DNA from: Actinomycetota bacterium | GTDB lineage: Bacteria > Actinomycetota > Actinomycetes > S36-B12 | Length of the DNA: 63,067 nt | Direction of reading: 5' to 3' | Assembly (NCBI GenBank): GCA_017857875.1 | Contig: JAFMCH010000004.1 | Coordinates: forward strand, 1-63,067 | In this document: positions 21,758 to 31,849 of the stretch, piece after piece | How positions within the stretch are numbered: the stretch's first letter is position 1 | Layout: every line of letters begins with the position of its first letter | Notes under the pieces: model-generated | Told to the model about the DNA's origin: nothing | Seen by the model: the letters and a program-made list of their open reading frames with translations, nothing else | Databases searched by the model: none | Made by a program: the position numbers and the translations under genes

Positions 21758-22327
21758 TCAGGCGAAGCGCCGCTCCTCGGCCTGCTTGCACGCCACACAC
21801 ATGGTGGCCCGTGGGAACGCCTGAAGGCGATACTTGCCGATCGGCTTGGCACAGGTTTCACAGATGCCATAGGTGCCATCGTCAATGCGATTAAGTGCGT
21901 GACGCACCTGCTGCAACATGGCTCGGACGTTATTGGCCAGCGACATCTCGTGCTCGCGCTCGAAGGTCTTGGTGCCGGCATCGGCTTGATCATCACCGGC
22001 ACCATCGCCTGAGTCTGCGACAAGGTCAGCGATGTCAGCCTCGGTGGCCTCGATTTCGGTTTCTAGGGCGACGCCATGGGCCAGTAGTTGCTCGCGGACG
22101 TCTGAGATTTCCGCGGCGGTCCAGGGCGACTCATCCTCGCGAACAACAAGTGAGCGTTTCTTGGCCGGAGCTGCTTTCTTGACCGGAGCCGCCTTCTTAG
22201 CAGGAACGGCCTTCTTGGCCGGAGCTGCTTTCTTGACCGGAGCCGCCTTCTTAGCAGGAACGGCCTTTTTGACCGGAGCCGCCTTCTTAGCGCCTTTTGA
22301 CGACACGCTGCGTCCTGTGCTCGCCAT
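21758..22327 (-). CDS. TraR/DksA C4 zinc-finger protein with histone-like Lys/Ala/Pro N-terminus
   Basis: GDDQADAG coiled-coil tip, GTYGICETCAKPI...ATMCVACK; KKAAP/KKAVP repeats. Confidence 0.9.
   Translation of the reverse strand: MASTGRSVSSKGAKKAAPVKKAVPAKKAAPVKKAAPAKKAVPAKKAAPVKKAAPAKKRSLVVREDESPWTAAEISDVREQLLAHGVALETEIEATEADIADLVADSGDGAGDDQADAGTKTFEREHEMSLANNVRAMLQQVRHALNRIDDGTYGICETCAKPIGKYRLQAFPRATMCVACKQAEERRFA
22158..22265. repeat. Perfect 54-bp tandem duplication (three 18-bp subunits) in dksA-like gene, plus a partial third copy to about 22294
   Basis: ttcttggccggagctgctttcttgaccggagccgccttcttagcaggaacggcc at 22158-22211 and 22212-22265. Confidence 0.9.
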
Positions 22328-22522
22328 GAGGATCCCCGATCGTCAAGCGTGGGCGAATGTGCTGCCGATCTGACCCCACATTCAGTTCGACAAGTTCGCA
22401 GGAGGCTAGAGCCCTTTTCGCGGTTACGCAAACAGGCGCGCCGTCCGATCTTGGTGCGACACGCTGCGAGCCTGTCGGCGAGATAGGCTTCGGCCCGGCC
22501 CATTTTCGCCCACGGAGGTCTT

Positions 22523-25500
22523 ATGTACCGCGCCGTTCCGGCTCATGTCGATCTGCCCCGCATGGAACACGAGGTCCTTTCCCTATGGGCGGCCGAGGGC
22601 ACTTTCCATCAATCCCTAGCCCAAAGCGAAGGCCGCCCCCTGTGGGTGTTCAACGAGGGGCCGCCCACCGCGAATGGCGCTCCTGGCACGCACCATGTGG
22701 AGGCCCGAGCCTTCAAGGACATTTTTCCGCGTTATCGCACCATGAAGGGCTATCACGTTCCGCGTAAGGCTGGCTGGGATTGCCACGGTCTCCCGGTGGA
22801 ACTTTTCGTTGAAAAGGAGCTCGGCTTTTCGGGCAAGAAGGACATCGAGGCCTACGGAATCGCTGCATTCAATGACAAATGCCGTGAGTCGGTCTTGCGC
22901 CATGTCGATGAGTTTGATGCCATGACCCATCGCATGGGCTTCTGGGTCGACACTAATGATGCCTACTGGACCATGGACGCGTCATACATCGAGAGTGTGT
23001 GGTGGTCGCTGCAGCGTATCCATGAACGCGGCCTGCTCGTCCAAGACCATCGGGTGTCACCGTATTGCCCGCGATGTGGCACCGGCCTCAGCGACCACGA
23101 GATCGCCCAGGGCTATGAAGACGTTGTCGATCCCTCAATCTTCGTGCGTTTCCCGGTCACCAGCGGCGAGTTGGCACAACGGTTCCCCGGGGTCAACCTG
23201 CTGGTGTGGACAACCACCCCCTGGACCTTGGTCAGTAACACAGCCGTTGCTGTCAACCCTCAGGCAACCTATGTGGTCGCGGGCACCGACGCCGGTGAAC
23301 TATTGGTGGTCGCCCAGGATCTGGTGGCCAGTCTGGTCGGTGCGGACGCGCAGATCCTCGCCACCTTGACCGGGGCTGAGTTGGAACGCACGCATTACCA
23401 ACCGCCTTTCGACGCCCTCGCTATCCCCGATGCTCATTACGTGGTACTCGCCGATTACGTCACGACCGACGACGGTTCCGGTCTGGTGCATCAGGCACCA
23501 GCATTCGGCGCTGACGACCTCGCCACGTGCCGGGCCTACGGACTCCCCGTGGTTAACCCGATCCGACCTGACGGCACTTTCGAACCTGGCATTGATCTTG
23601 TTGGCGAGAAATTTTTCAAGGACGCTGACCCCATCCTCGTTGCTGATCTAGATGAACGCTCGTTACTCATGCGCCAGGTGCCCTATGAGCATTCCTATCC
23701 GCACTGCTGGCGTTGCCACACGCCACTGATCTACTATGCGCAGCCTTCGTGGTACATCAAGACGACCGCGATCAAGGACGAGCTACTTGCCCAAAATGAG
23801 GGCACGAACTGGTTTCCAGAAACAATCAAATGGGGCCGCTACGGCGACTGGTTGCGCAATAACGTTGATTGGGCGCTGTCGCGGAATAGGTATTGGGGCA
23901 CTCCACTGCCTATCTGGCGATGCCCAGATGATCACCTCACCGTCATCGGTTCCCTTCATGAACTCGGCGAACTCGCCGGACAGGAACTCAGCACACTTGA
24001 TCCGCACCGCCCCTATGTCGATGACGTAACGTTTCCATGCCCGCAGTGTTCAGCCACCACCCACCGAGTTCCCGAGGTGATCGATTGCTGGTACGACTCA
24101 GGTGCCATGCCCTTCGCGCAGTGGGGGTATCCCCACCGCGGCCAGGAAACCTTTGAGTCTCGATATCCGGCGGACTACATCTGCGAGGCGATCGATCAAA
24201 CCAGAGGTTGGTTCTACACACTGATGGCTGTGGGCACCTTGGTGTTCGACGAATCCTCCTACAAGAACGTGGTCTGCCTGGGTCACATCCTCGACGAGGA
24301 CGGTCGCAAGATGAGTAAGCACGTGGGCAACGTGCTCGAACCTATTTCGTTGATGGACGAACACGGCGCCGATGCGGTGCGTTGGTTCATGCTGGCATCT
24401 GGGTCACCGTGGCAGTCGCGGCGAGTTGGCCACGGTGCCATCGCCGAGGTTGTCCGCAAGGTGTTACTCACGTACTGGAACACCGTTTCATTCCAAGCAC
24501 TGTATGCACGATCCGCCAACTGGTCCCCGGCCACCGGCGAGGTTCCGCCACCCACCGAGAGACCCGCACTAGATCGCTGGGTTCTGTCTCAAGCACACCG
24601 GTTATCTATCGAGGTCGACGATGCTTTGGCCAACTTCGATACCCAGCGCGGCGGGCGACTCATCACAACCTTTGTTGATGACCTGTCCAACTGGTACGTC
24701 AGACGCAGTCGACGGCGCTTCTGGGAGGGCGATCCAGCCGCGCTGGCGACTCTCGACGAGGCGCTTCGCATCGTCACCGCCGTCATGTCCCCCTACACCC
24801 CGTTCATCACCGAACAGGTCTGGCAACTACTCGTGCGTCCCACGCAACCTGAAGCTCCCGAATCGGTCCACCTGTCTGCCTGGCCGGAACCGCGACCGGA
24901 CCTGATTGACGAGGAATTGAGCACTCACGTGGCCCTCGTTCGTCGGATTGTCGAACTCGGACGCGCCGCTCGATCCTCGTCGCAGGTACGCACACGACAA
25001 CCGCTCGGTCGTGCTTTGGTATCTGCCGCCTCCTTCGAACAGCTCCCCACGGAGTTGGTTGCTGAGGTCGCAGCCGAACTGAATGTCGCTGAAATCAAGA
25101 GTCTGAAAGCCGAGGTGGGCGACCTCGTGGATATCTCCGTCAAAGCCAACTATCGATCCTTGGGCAAGCGTTTTGGTAAGTCAACTCCTGCTGTGGCACA
25201 GGCGATTACCGATGATCCCTCCATCGCCACGCGGCTCCAGGCCGGCGATTCAGCCAGCATCAACGTGCCCGAAATCGGGCAGATCACGGTGACGGCTGAA
25301 GATGTCATTGTCACCGAAACCCCCCGCGAGGGTTGGGCTGTGGCCAGCGCCCACGGCGAAACGGTCGCCCTTGACCTTGAAGTCACCGACCAATTGCGCC
25401 GGGCAGGTTTAGCCCGTGAGTTTGTTCGGGTCATTCAAGAGGCCCGCAAGACAGCTGATCTTGACGTCAGCGATCGCATTGAACTCAGTTGGGTGTCCAC

Positions 25501-25669
25501 TCAACCGGAACTCTCGCAGGCGATTGCCGAACACGAGGAGATGATCGCTGGCGAGGTCTTGGCGGTCGCCTTCAACGAAGGTGCCGCAACCGAGGGTCAC
25601 CTAGGCACGTCGGAGGTACTCGGATTGACCTTCTCATTGCAGGTCGTCGCTGCGGCGGACACGAACTAA
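22523..25669 (+). CDS. ileS: Isoleucyl-tRNA synthetase (type 2)
   Basis: GPPTANGAPGTHH, GWDCHGLPVE, SRNRYWGTPLP, KMSK, C-terminal ALDLEVTDQLRRAGLAREFVRVIQEARK. Confidence 0.98.
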   Translation: MYRAVPAHVDLPRMEHEVLSLWAAEGTFHQSLAQSEGRPLWVFNEGPPTANGAPGTHHVEARAFKDIFPRYRTMKGYHVPRKAGWDCHGLPVELFVEKELGFSGKKDIEAYGIAAFNDKCRESVLRHVDEFDAMTHRMGFWVDTNDAYWTMDASYIESVWWSLQRIHERGLLVQDHRVSPYCPRCGTGLSDHEIAQGYEDVVDPSIFVRFPVTSGELAQRFPGVNLLVWTTTPWTLVSNTAVAVNPQATYVVAGTDAGELLVVAQDLVASLVGADAQILATLTGAELERTHYQPPFDALAIPDAHYVVLADYVTTDDGSGLVHQAPAFGADDLATCRAYGLPVVNPIRPDGTFEPGIDLVGEKFFKDADPILVADLDERSLLMRQVPYEHSYPHCWRCHTPLIYYAQPSWYIKTTAIKDELLAQNEGTNWFPETIKWGRYGDWLRNNVDWALSRNRYWGTPLPIWRCPDDHLTVIGSLHELGELAGQELSTLDPHRPYVDDVTFPCPQCSATTHRVPEVIDCWYDSGAMPFAQWGYPHRGQETFESRYPADYICEAIDQTRGWFYTLMAVGTLVFDESSYKNVVCLGHILDEDGRKMSKHVGNVLEPISLMDEHGADAVRWFMLASGSPWQSRRVGHGAIAEVVRKVLLTYWNTVSFQALYARSANWSPATGEVPPPTERPALDRWVLSQAHRLSIEVDDALANFDTQRGGRLITTFVDDLSNWYVRRSRRRFWEGDPAALATLDEALRIVTAVMSPYTPFITEQVWQLLVRPTQPEAPESVHLSAWPEPRPDLIDEELSTHVALVRRIVELGRAARSSSQVRTRQPLGRALVSAASFEQLPTELVAEVAAELNVAEIKSLKAEVGDLVDISVKANYRSLGKRFGKSTPAVAQAITDDPSIATRLQAGDSASINVPEIGQITVTAEDVIVTETPREGWAVASAHGETVALDLEVTDQLRRAGLAREFVRVIQEARKTADLDVSDRIELSWVSTQPELSQAIAEHEEMIAGEVLAVAFNEGAATEGHLGTSEVLGLTFSLQVVAAADTN

Positions 25670-26400
25670 TCGGGCAACGCCTCCTGCACTGCCGCGGTCG
25701 CCAGAGCCTCTGGCCCCGCATCAGCAACAAGGTCCTCAGAACGGGCGGCTGCGTCGAACTGTGCGAGTTGAGTGGCAATGTGGTCGCGCAAGGTAACCCG
25801 GTAGTTCCGTTCGAATGTCCGCAATTGCCCTACCTGCTCTTCGAGCGCCCTACGTTGCTCATCAAGGTCGGCGGTCACGGCGCGGGCCTCTGCGCGGGCC
25901 TTGGACATGATTTCACCGGCCTCAGACTTGGCCACCGAGACAGTTTCCTCGGCCGTACGCTGGGCAATTTCCAGCATGGCCAACGCCTGTGTAGACACCT
26001 GCGCAGCGTCTTGCGAACGCACGAACTGCGGTGCTGGCGAGGAAAGATCAAGGCCCGACGCAGACTCATCGGCCACGACCGACCCACCAGCAGTCGGCAG
26101 GTTGTCTGCTGGCGGAGCATCGGGCTTCTCGATGACCTCAACGGCGGTCGTCGTCACCACCGGGGGCTTGGCCGACTCACCAGAAGCCGATTCGGCGCGA
26201 GCCGAGCGTTGTTCGGCGGCCAACACTCTTGATTGGGCCTGGGTCAATTGGGCCCGCAAATCATCGTTCTCACCGAGCAGTCGGGAGATTTCAGTTTCGA
26301 CAACGTCGAGAAACGCGTCGACCTCGTCCATGTCATACCCGGTGCGCATCCGCACCGTGGTGAATTGTTGTGCGTGAACGTCAGCGGGGGTCATAGCCAT
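25666..26400 (-). CDS. divIVA: DivIVA/Wag31
   Basis: MTPADVHAQQFTTVRMRTGYDMDEVDAFLD, two coiled coils, LRTFERNYRVTL. Confidence 0.92.
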   Translation of the reverse strand: MAMTPADVHAQQFTTVRMRTGYDMDEVDAFLDVVETEISRLLGENDDLRAQLTQAQSRVLAAEQRSARAESASGESAKPPVVTTTAVEVIEKPDAPPADNLPTAGGSVVADESASGLDLSSPAPQFVRSQDAAQVSTQALAMLEIAQRTAEETVSVAKSEAGEIMSKARAEARAVTADLDEQRRALEEQVGQLRTFERNYRVTLRDHIATQLAQFDAAARSEDLVADAGPEALATAAVQEALPD

Positions 26401-26436
26401 AGCGGACATCTCCTTGGTCAGCAGTGACGCAACTTC

Positions 26437-26727
26437 TTAAAAGGCGAGGGCGACGTTGATCAGGATCTGGACAGCGATGATGAGGACCAGAAACGCTAGG
26501 TCGAATTGGATGCCGCCTAGCTTGAGTGGCGGGATGATGCGACGCAGCAGCCGCAACGGCGGGTCGGTGACGCTGTAGATCGCCTCGGCGAGCAGCAAGA
26601 ACGGACCGCGGGGCCGCCAATTGCGGGCAAAAATCTGCACAAAGTCGAAAACCAGCCGCCCGATGAGTACGAGCCAGTACAACCACAGGATGGTTGCGAT
26701 CACCTGCCCGACCGCACCCACAGCCAT
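26437..26727 (-). CDS. yggT: YggT family membrane protein
   Basis: TDPPLRLLRRIIPPLKLGGIQFDLAFLVL; between sepF and divIVA. Confidence 0.92.
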   Translation of the reverse strand: MAVGAVGQVIATILWLYWLVLIGRLVFDFVQIFARNWRPRGPFLLLAEAIYSVTDPPLRLLRRIIPPLKLGGIQFDLAFLVLIIAVQILINVALAF

Positions 26728-26814
26728 CCCTGCTTTCGTTTCGATATATCCGCTCGCCGCTTCGGCGAACCCTGACCGACCTCATTTACATTTTTTCCAT
26801 CGACTCTTCGTCTA

Positions 26815-27399
26815 TCAACTCTGGTTGAAAAAACCGTTCTGCGCCAGTTGAGCTCGGGCCTCGGCAGCCACATCGACATTAACCGGCGAGAGCAGGAAGA
26901 CCTTATTTGTCACACGCTCAATCGTGCCATGTAGGCCGAAAACCAGGCCTGCGGCAAAGTCGACGATGCGCTTGGCGTCGCCATCTTCCATCTCGGTCAG
27001 GTTCATAATCACCGGCACACCTTCGCGAAACTCCTCGCCAATCCGGCGAGCATCGTTGTAGGTGTGGGGATGAATGGTCGTGATGCGATAAAGATCGACA
27101 CCGTTGGTGGGCGAAGGTGCGATTGAGCGCGCAGGCACATCGTCGAACAGTTCGCTGCTGCGCTCGCGAGTGGGGCGCTCCTCGCGGAACGTACGTACCG
27201 ACGAGGGCGGTTCAGCAACGGTCACGGAGCGATACTCTGATGCCCCAGAACGATCCGAGGTGCGCACATTGGACCGACGCTCGCGGCGCACCGGCTGTTC
27301 GTCAAGATCCGCGTCATCATCGGCATACCGATCGCGGTAACTATCGTCGTCCTCAACGAGGCCGAGATATACCGCCATTTTTCGCATCGAACCGGCCAT
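26815..27399 (-). CDS. sepF: Cell division protein SepF
   Basis: [49 protein letters not shown]. Confidence 0.95.
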   Translation of the reverse strand: MAGSMRKMAVYLGLVEDDDSYRDRYADDDADLDEQPVRRERRSNVRTSDRSGASEYRSVTVAEPPSSVRTFREERPTRERSSELFDDVPARSIAPSPTNGVDLYRITTIHPHTYNDARRIGEEFREGVPVIMNLTEMEDGDAKRIVDFAAGLVFGLHGTIERVTNKVFLLSPVNVDVAAEARAQLAQNGFFNQS

Positions 27400-27448
27400 G
27401 GCACGCCTTTCACATCAAAGCCCAGCCCACAGGGCACCTACTATCACG

Positions 27449-28183
27449 CTACCGGAGGTAGGGCCGGTCCCCCAGTATCGCGCTACCGACGCGTAGGTGT
27501 GTCGCCCCCGCGCGAATAGCGTCATCGAGATCGCCGCTCATGCCAGCGGACATCCAGGTGGCATCTGGATACGTGCTGACCACATGATCTGACAACTGCT
27601 TGAGTCGCGTGAAGGCGAGGAACGCGTCGGCACCCACCGGCGCGACACCCATGACACCGCGCAATCGCAGACTCGGCTGGGCTGCGATAAGCGAGGCCAG
27701 GTCATCGCAGCCTGCTGCCGCGATACCTCCGCGGTGGCTCGGGTCAGGTCCACAATCAGAACCGGAATCCTGGTCAGTGTCTAGCGAGACCTGAATCAGA
27801 CAATCCAGGGGGCGCTCGGGCGGCCGATCGACAGCAGATTTCGCCAAAGCGGTCACCAACCTGGCCCGGTCAACGGAGTGAACACAGTCGGCCGCTCGGG
27901 CCACGATGGCCGCCTTATTCGTCTGCAGCTGGCCGATGAAATGCCACCGCAGGTTCAATCCTTCGCATTCAGCGGCTTTGCTGGCGAGTTCCTGGGCCTT
28001 ATTTTCGCCAACGTCAACCACTCCGAGGTCGGCGAGACGACGGATATCGCTGGCTGGCCAGGTCTTTGTCACGACAACAACGGTCAGGTCGCGCGGGTCT
28101 CGATCACTCTGTGCACACACCTGCTCAATGTGGATATTCAGTTGCCGAAGTCGACCACGAAGTTGTTCGGATCGTTCCATCAA
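27449..28183 (-). CDS. yggS: PLP homeostasis protein YggS/PROSC
   Basis: VVTKTW, GENKAQE, WHFIGQLQTNK, SAGMSGD, GATHLRVGSAILG. Confidence 0.93.
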   Translation of the reverse strand: MMERSEQLRGRLRQLNIHIEQVCAQSDRDPRDLTVVVVTKTWPASDIRRLADLGVVDVGENKAQELASKAAECEGLNLRWHFIGQLQTNKAAIVARAADCVHSVDRARLVTALAKSAVDRPPERPLDCLIQVSLDTDQDSGSDCGPDPSHRGGIAAAGCDDLASLIAAQPSLRLRGVMGVAPVGADAFLAFTRLKQLSDHVVSTYPDATWMSAGMSGDLDDAIRAGATHLRVGSAILGDRPYLR

Positions 28184-28950
28184 GAGTGATCACCCATGTG
28201 GCGCTGATGGGACGCGTCGGCCCGACGCACAATCATGCCGGCCTGACGACCGGTGCGGTGCTCGCGTCGATAGGAATACAAATCGGGGTTTTCAAAAGTG
28301 CAACCACCGACCACCTCGCACCCGACGTTCCAAGCACGCAGTTGCTGAACGACCCCCGCCCGGACATCAGCCGCCGCGGTACCCTCACGCGTCACCGCCC
28401 AGGCATCTGATGCATGGGCGCAGATGTCAGCACGCACCTGCTCACCCACCTCGTAGCAGCCACCACAGATAGCCGGACCAACCCAGGCCCGGATCATGTG
28501 GCCGCTATCGGCGCCCCCGATCAATTCGCTCATGGTGGCATCAACGACTCCGCACACGACCCCGCGCCAGCCGGCATGGATCGCGGCGATATCGCCAGAA
28601 CTCGTGGCGATAAGGATGGGTACACAATCGGCTACCTGAGTCACCAGCGCGATTTCGGGTTCGCCGCACACCAGCGCATCAGCTTCAGGCGCTGAGGGCG
28701 GTGGAGTCTTGATCCGCGCCACCGTGCTGCCGTGCACCTGCACCATGGTGACCCACCTGTCTGCACTCACGCGCATCTGCTGGGCGGCACGGTGACGATT
28801 GTCCTGCACAACTTGAGCATCGTCACCGACATGCAACCCGAGGTTGGCCTCGGCGTAGGCGCCGGTGCTCAGCCCGTCGGTTCGGTCAGTGAAGGCCCAC
28901 TCGAAGTCATACGGTCCAAGCCTCTGGTGACCGCTGGCCAGCACGCCCAT
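28180..28950 (-). CDS. pgeF: Peptidoglycan editing factor PgeF (YfiH family)
   Basis: NLGLHVGDD, QVHG, ADCVP, HAGWRG, GPAICGGCYEVG, YSYRR. Confidence 0.9.
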   Translation of the reverse strand: MGVLASGHQRLGPYDFEWAFTDRTDGLSTGAYAEANLGLHVGDDAQVVQDNRHRAAQQMRVSADRWVTMVQVHGSTVARIKTPPPSAPEADALVCGEPEIALVTQVADCVPILIATSSGDIAAIHAGWRGVVCGVVDATMSELIGGADSGHMIRAWVGPAICGGCYEVGEQVRADICAHASDAWAVTREGTAAADVRAGVVQQLRAWNVGCEVVGGCTFENPDLYSYRREHRTGRQAGMIVRRADASHQRHMGDHS

Positions 28951-28957
28951 GGTGGGC

Positions 28958-30130
28958 CTACTTCAAAAAGTCCGGCACATCGAGGTCGTCATCATTGGCG
29001 TCGTCATCGAAAACGATGGTTCGCGGTGGTTGCACCGGCCGCGCGGGCGCAGGTTCAACAACCGTTGGCGTCACCGGAATCGCCGCCCGATCACCCTCTG
29101 ATTGCGATGCCGCGACGGCTGCCGCGACGGGAGTCTCATCCACAACCTTCCGGGTCACCGGCTGAGATCGACGTGTTGGCGGTGTACCCCCGTCGAAGCC
29201 AGCTGCGATCACGGTGACCCGAACTTCATCGGCCAAAGAGTCGTCGATGACCGCGCCAAAAATGATGTTCGCATCAGGATGCGCAGCGTCAGACACCATG
29301 CGAGCAGCCTCGTTAATCTCAAATAGGCCGAGATCACTTCCGCCAGAGATGCTCAGCAAAACCCCGTGTGCGCCCTCAATACTTGCCTCGAGGAGCGGTG
29401 AGGAAATTGCCCGCTCTGCAGCCTCTACCGATCGTTCATCACCGCGAGCCGTGCCGATGCCCATGAGCGCAGAACCAGCCCCTTGCATCACACTCTTGAC
29501 ATCGGCGAAGTCAAGGTTGATCAGTCCGGGTGTTGTGATGAGATCGGTGATGCCCGAAACACCCTGCAACAACACATGATCTGCCTGCCGGAATGCATCA
29601 ATGACACTAATGTTGCGGTCCGCCAGACTCAATAGCCGGTCGTTGGGGATGACAATGAGCGTATCGACCTCATCGCGCAGGCTCTCGACACCGATCTCAG
29701 CTTGGGTGGACCGCCGGCGACCTTCAAACCCAAAGGGTCGGGTCACCACGCCGATCGTCAATGCACCTAGGCCCCGGGCGATGCGCGCGACGACCGGGGC
29801 TCCACCGGTGCCGGTTCCGCCGCCTTCGCCCGCGGTCACGAAGACCATGTCGGCGCCGCGCAAGACCTCCTCGATCTCTTCGGTGTGATCTTCGGCCGCC
29901 TGACGGCCGACATCAGGATCCGCACCCGCACCAAGGCCGCGCGTCAAGTCTCGACCAATATCAAGTTTGACATCAGCATCACTCATCAACAGCGCCTGAG
30001 CGTCGGTGTTGATAGCGACGAACTCCACTCCCTTGAGCCCGACGTCAATCATGCGGTTGACCGCGTTGACACCGCCCCCGCCGATGCCAACGACCTTGAT
30101 AACGGCTAGGTAGTTCTGTGGTGCGGCCAC
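28958..30130 (-). CDS. ftsZ: Cell division protein FtsZ
   Basis: [35 protein letters not shown]-terminal [11 protein letters not shown]. Confidence 0.99.
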   Translation of the reverse strand: MAAPQNYLAVIKVVGIGGGGVNAVNRMIDVGLKGVEFVAINTDAQALLMSDADVKLDIGRDLTRGLGAGADPDVGRQAAEDHTEEIEEVLRGADMVFVTAGEGGGTGTGGAPVVARIARGLGALTIGVVTRPFGFEGRRRSTQAEIGVESLRDEVDTLIVIPNDRLLSLADRNISVIDAFRQADHVLLQGVSGITDLITTPGLINLDFADVKSVMQGAGSALMGIGTARGDERSVEAAERAISSPLLEASIEGAHGVLLSISGGSDLGLFEINEAARMVSDAAHPDANIIFGAVIDDSLADEVRVTVIAAGFDGGTPPTRRSQPVTRKVVDETPVAAAVAASQSEGDRAAIPVTPTVVEPAPARPVQPPRTIVFDDDANDDDLDVPDFLK

Positions 30131-30190
30131 GTGCGCATCCCTTCCGCGAAGTCAGCTGCGTCCATCTGACCCGCGTCTCTTACGCATTTA

Positions 30191-30215
30191 CTTCAACCTC
30201 ACGTTAAGGTTGAAG
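30191..30215. promoter_or_regulatory. Inverted repeat upstream of ftsZ (candidate regulator site)
   Basis: CTTCAACCT-CACGTTA-AGGTTGAAG, 9-bp perfect arms, 60 bp upstream of ftsZ start; related half-site GTTGAGGTT near 30235-30243. Confidence 0.6.
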
Positions 30216-30295
30216 AAATCCATGCGTGTAACTAGTTGAGGTTAGGCTCCCGGTCGCAGCATGTGCAAGCCGCCACGCCCCAAGACCACCATCAA

Positions 30296-30652
30296 CTAAG
30301 AGGTCAGCAGCGCGGCGAGATCGGTCAGTCGCTGCGGCTCGATCGAGTACCAAGCCCAGGTCGCGCGCTGTTCGCGGCGCAAGATGCCAGCGTCGGTGAG
30401 GATCTTCAAGTGGTGACTCACGGTGGGTTGACGCAGCGACAGGGCATCGGTGAGATCGCACACGCAGGCATCGGCGGTCGGACTGGATCTGATCAACGCT
30501 AGAAGTTGGAGTCGGGCTGGGTGCGCAAGCGCCTTGACCACGCTGGCCAATTGCTCGGCGCTTTCGTCGGGGATCGGACAACTCAATCCGGCGGCGCAGC
30601 ATTCGGTGAAATCCGAACCTGTGACCGGAGCGGACTTCTGTGAGCCATTCAC
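30296..30652 (-). CDS. arsR: ArsR/SmtB family As(III)-responsive repressor
   Basis: KALAHPARLQLL, ACVCDL, QPTVSHHLKILTDAG, N-terminal CC pair; divergent from arsenic gene. Confidence 0.92.
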   Translation of the reverse strand: MNGSQKSAPVTGSDFTECCAAGLSCPIPDESAEQLASVVKALAHPARLQLLALIRSSPTADACVCDLTDALSLRQPTVSHHLKILTDAGILRREQRATWAWYSIEPQRLTDLAALLTS

Positions 30653-30683
30653 ACGCCCAGCATACCCGGGACACCGCGATTGT

Positions 30684-30712
30684 ATTGACAGATGTCGATC
30701 TAGTACTAAAGT
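30684..30712 (+). promoter_or_regulatory. ArsR-type operator overlapping -35 of the fusion-gene promoter
   Basis: Imperfect palindrome ATTGACA-GA-TGTCGAT (30684-30699) containing TTGACA; TAAAGT -10 at 30707-30712, 16-bp spacer. Confidence 0.7.
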
Positions 30713-30721
30713 TCTTAATCG

Positions 30722-31849
30722 ATGACTATCAATATTGAACCTGGCCCGGGCGATGCGGCCACGAAACGTTGGCGGCGCTTATTCGCCGAGTTCTGGGGAA
30801 CAGCGCTGTTGGTCACAGCCGTTGTTGGATCGGGCATCGCAGCAGCCAGCCTGACGACCGACGTAGGGCTGCAATTACTCATCAACGCTCTCGCAACAGT
30901 GTCGGCGCTGGGCGTGTTGATCTGGGTGCTCGGGCCCATATCTGGCGCTCACTTCAATCCCGCCGTTTCGCTGGTCGCTGCCGCGCGCCGGGAGGTGTCA
31001 CTACGCGAGGCCGCGGGCTACCTCGTCGTTCAACTCACCGGGGCCTTTCTGGGCGTTGCTCTGGCCAACGTCATGTTTGATCTACCGGCGTGGGCGGTAT
31101 CAACACAGGAGCGCTCCGGGGCGGGGTTGTGGATCGGGGAAATCGTTGCCACCGCAGGACTCTTGCTGGTCATTGGCGCCTTGACACGAACAGGACGAGC
31201 ACACCTTGGGCCCATCCTTGTTCCGGCCTGGATTGGTGCCGCCTACTTTTTTGCGTCATCCACCTCATTTGCCAATCCAGCCGTCACCTTCGGACGTGTG
31301 TTTACCGATACGTTCACGGGCATCACGCCCACCAGCGCAGTCATCTTTGTTGTTTGTCAACTAATCGGCGCAGCAATCGGTGCAGCAATGACCGAAGTGT
31401 TCTACCCGCGCAAACGTCCCGCGCCGCTGGATCTCCCTGCTCCAGTGCACGATCCTCGACCGCGCACCGTGCTCTTCGCCTGCGTTCACAACTCTGGTCG
31501 CTCCCAAATCGCTGCTGGCTTTCTGCGGGCGATGGGCGGGTCACGCTTTGTCGTGTTGTCAGCCGGATCACAGCCGGGCGACGCGGTCAACGAGGTCGCT
31601 ATCGCCGCCATGGCCGAGGTTGGACTGGACATCTCCGGGCACCCGCCACGACTGCTGACAGATACTGACGTGCGCGAAGCCGACGCGGTGGTCACCATGG
31701 GGTGCGGCGACACCTGCCCGGTTTATCCGGGCAAGACCTACCAGGACTGGCAGGTAGACGACCCCAAGGATCAGTCGCTTGAGACCGTTCGGGTCATCCG
31801 GGACGATATTCGCCGCCGTGTGGCGATGCTGATCCAACAACTTCAGTGA
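30722..31849 (+). CDS. Fusion: MIP/AqpS-type aquaglyceroporin plus LMW-PTP-fold arsenate reductase ArsC
   Basis: Single 375-aa ORF; HFNPAVS and SSTSFANPAVT NPA boxes; then FACVHNSGRSQ (CX5R), MGCGDTCP and WQVDDP. Confidence 0.92.
   Translation: MTINIEPGPGDAATKRWRRLFAEFWGTALLVTAVVGSGIAAASLTTDVGLQLLINALATVSALGVLIWVLGPISGAHFNPAVSLVAAARREVSLREAAGYLVVQLTGAFLGVALANVMFDLPAWAVSTQERSGAGLWIGEIVATAGLLLVIGALTRTGRAHLGPILVPAWIGAAYFFASSTSFANPAVTFGRVFTDTFTGITPTSAVIFVVCQLIGAAIGAAMTEVFYPRKRPAPLDLPAPVHDPRPRTVLFACVHNSGRSQIAAGFLRAMGGSRFVVLSAGSQPGDAVNEVAIAAMAEVGLDISGHPPRLLTDTDVREADAVVTMGCGDTCPVYPGKTYQDWQVDDPKDQSLETVRVIRDDIRRRVAMLIQQLQ

Noticed and set aside
22328-22522. T-box riboswitch upstream of ileS
   Set aside because: Many actinomycete ileS genes have one, but the closest match is TTGGTGCGACACGC, lacking the UGGNACC bulge, and I see no specifier stem. 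An Infernal search would settle it.
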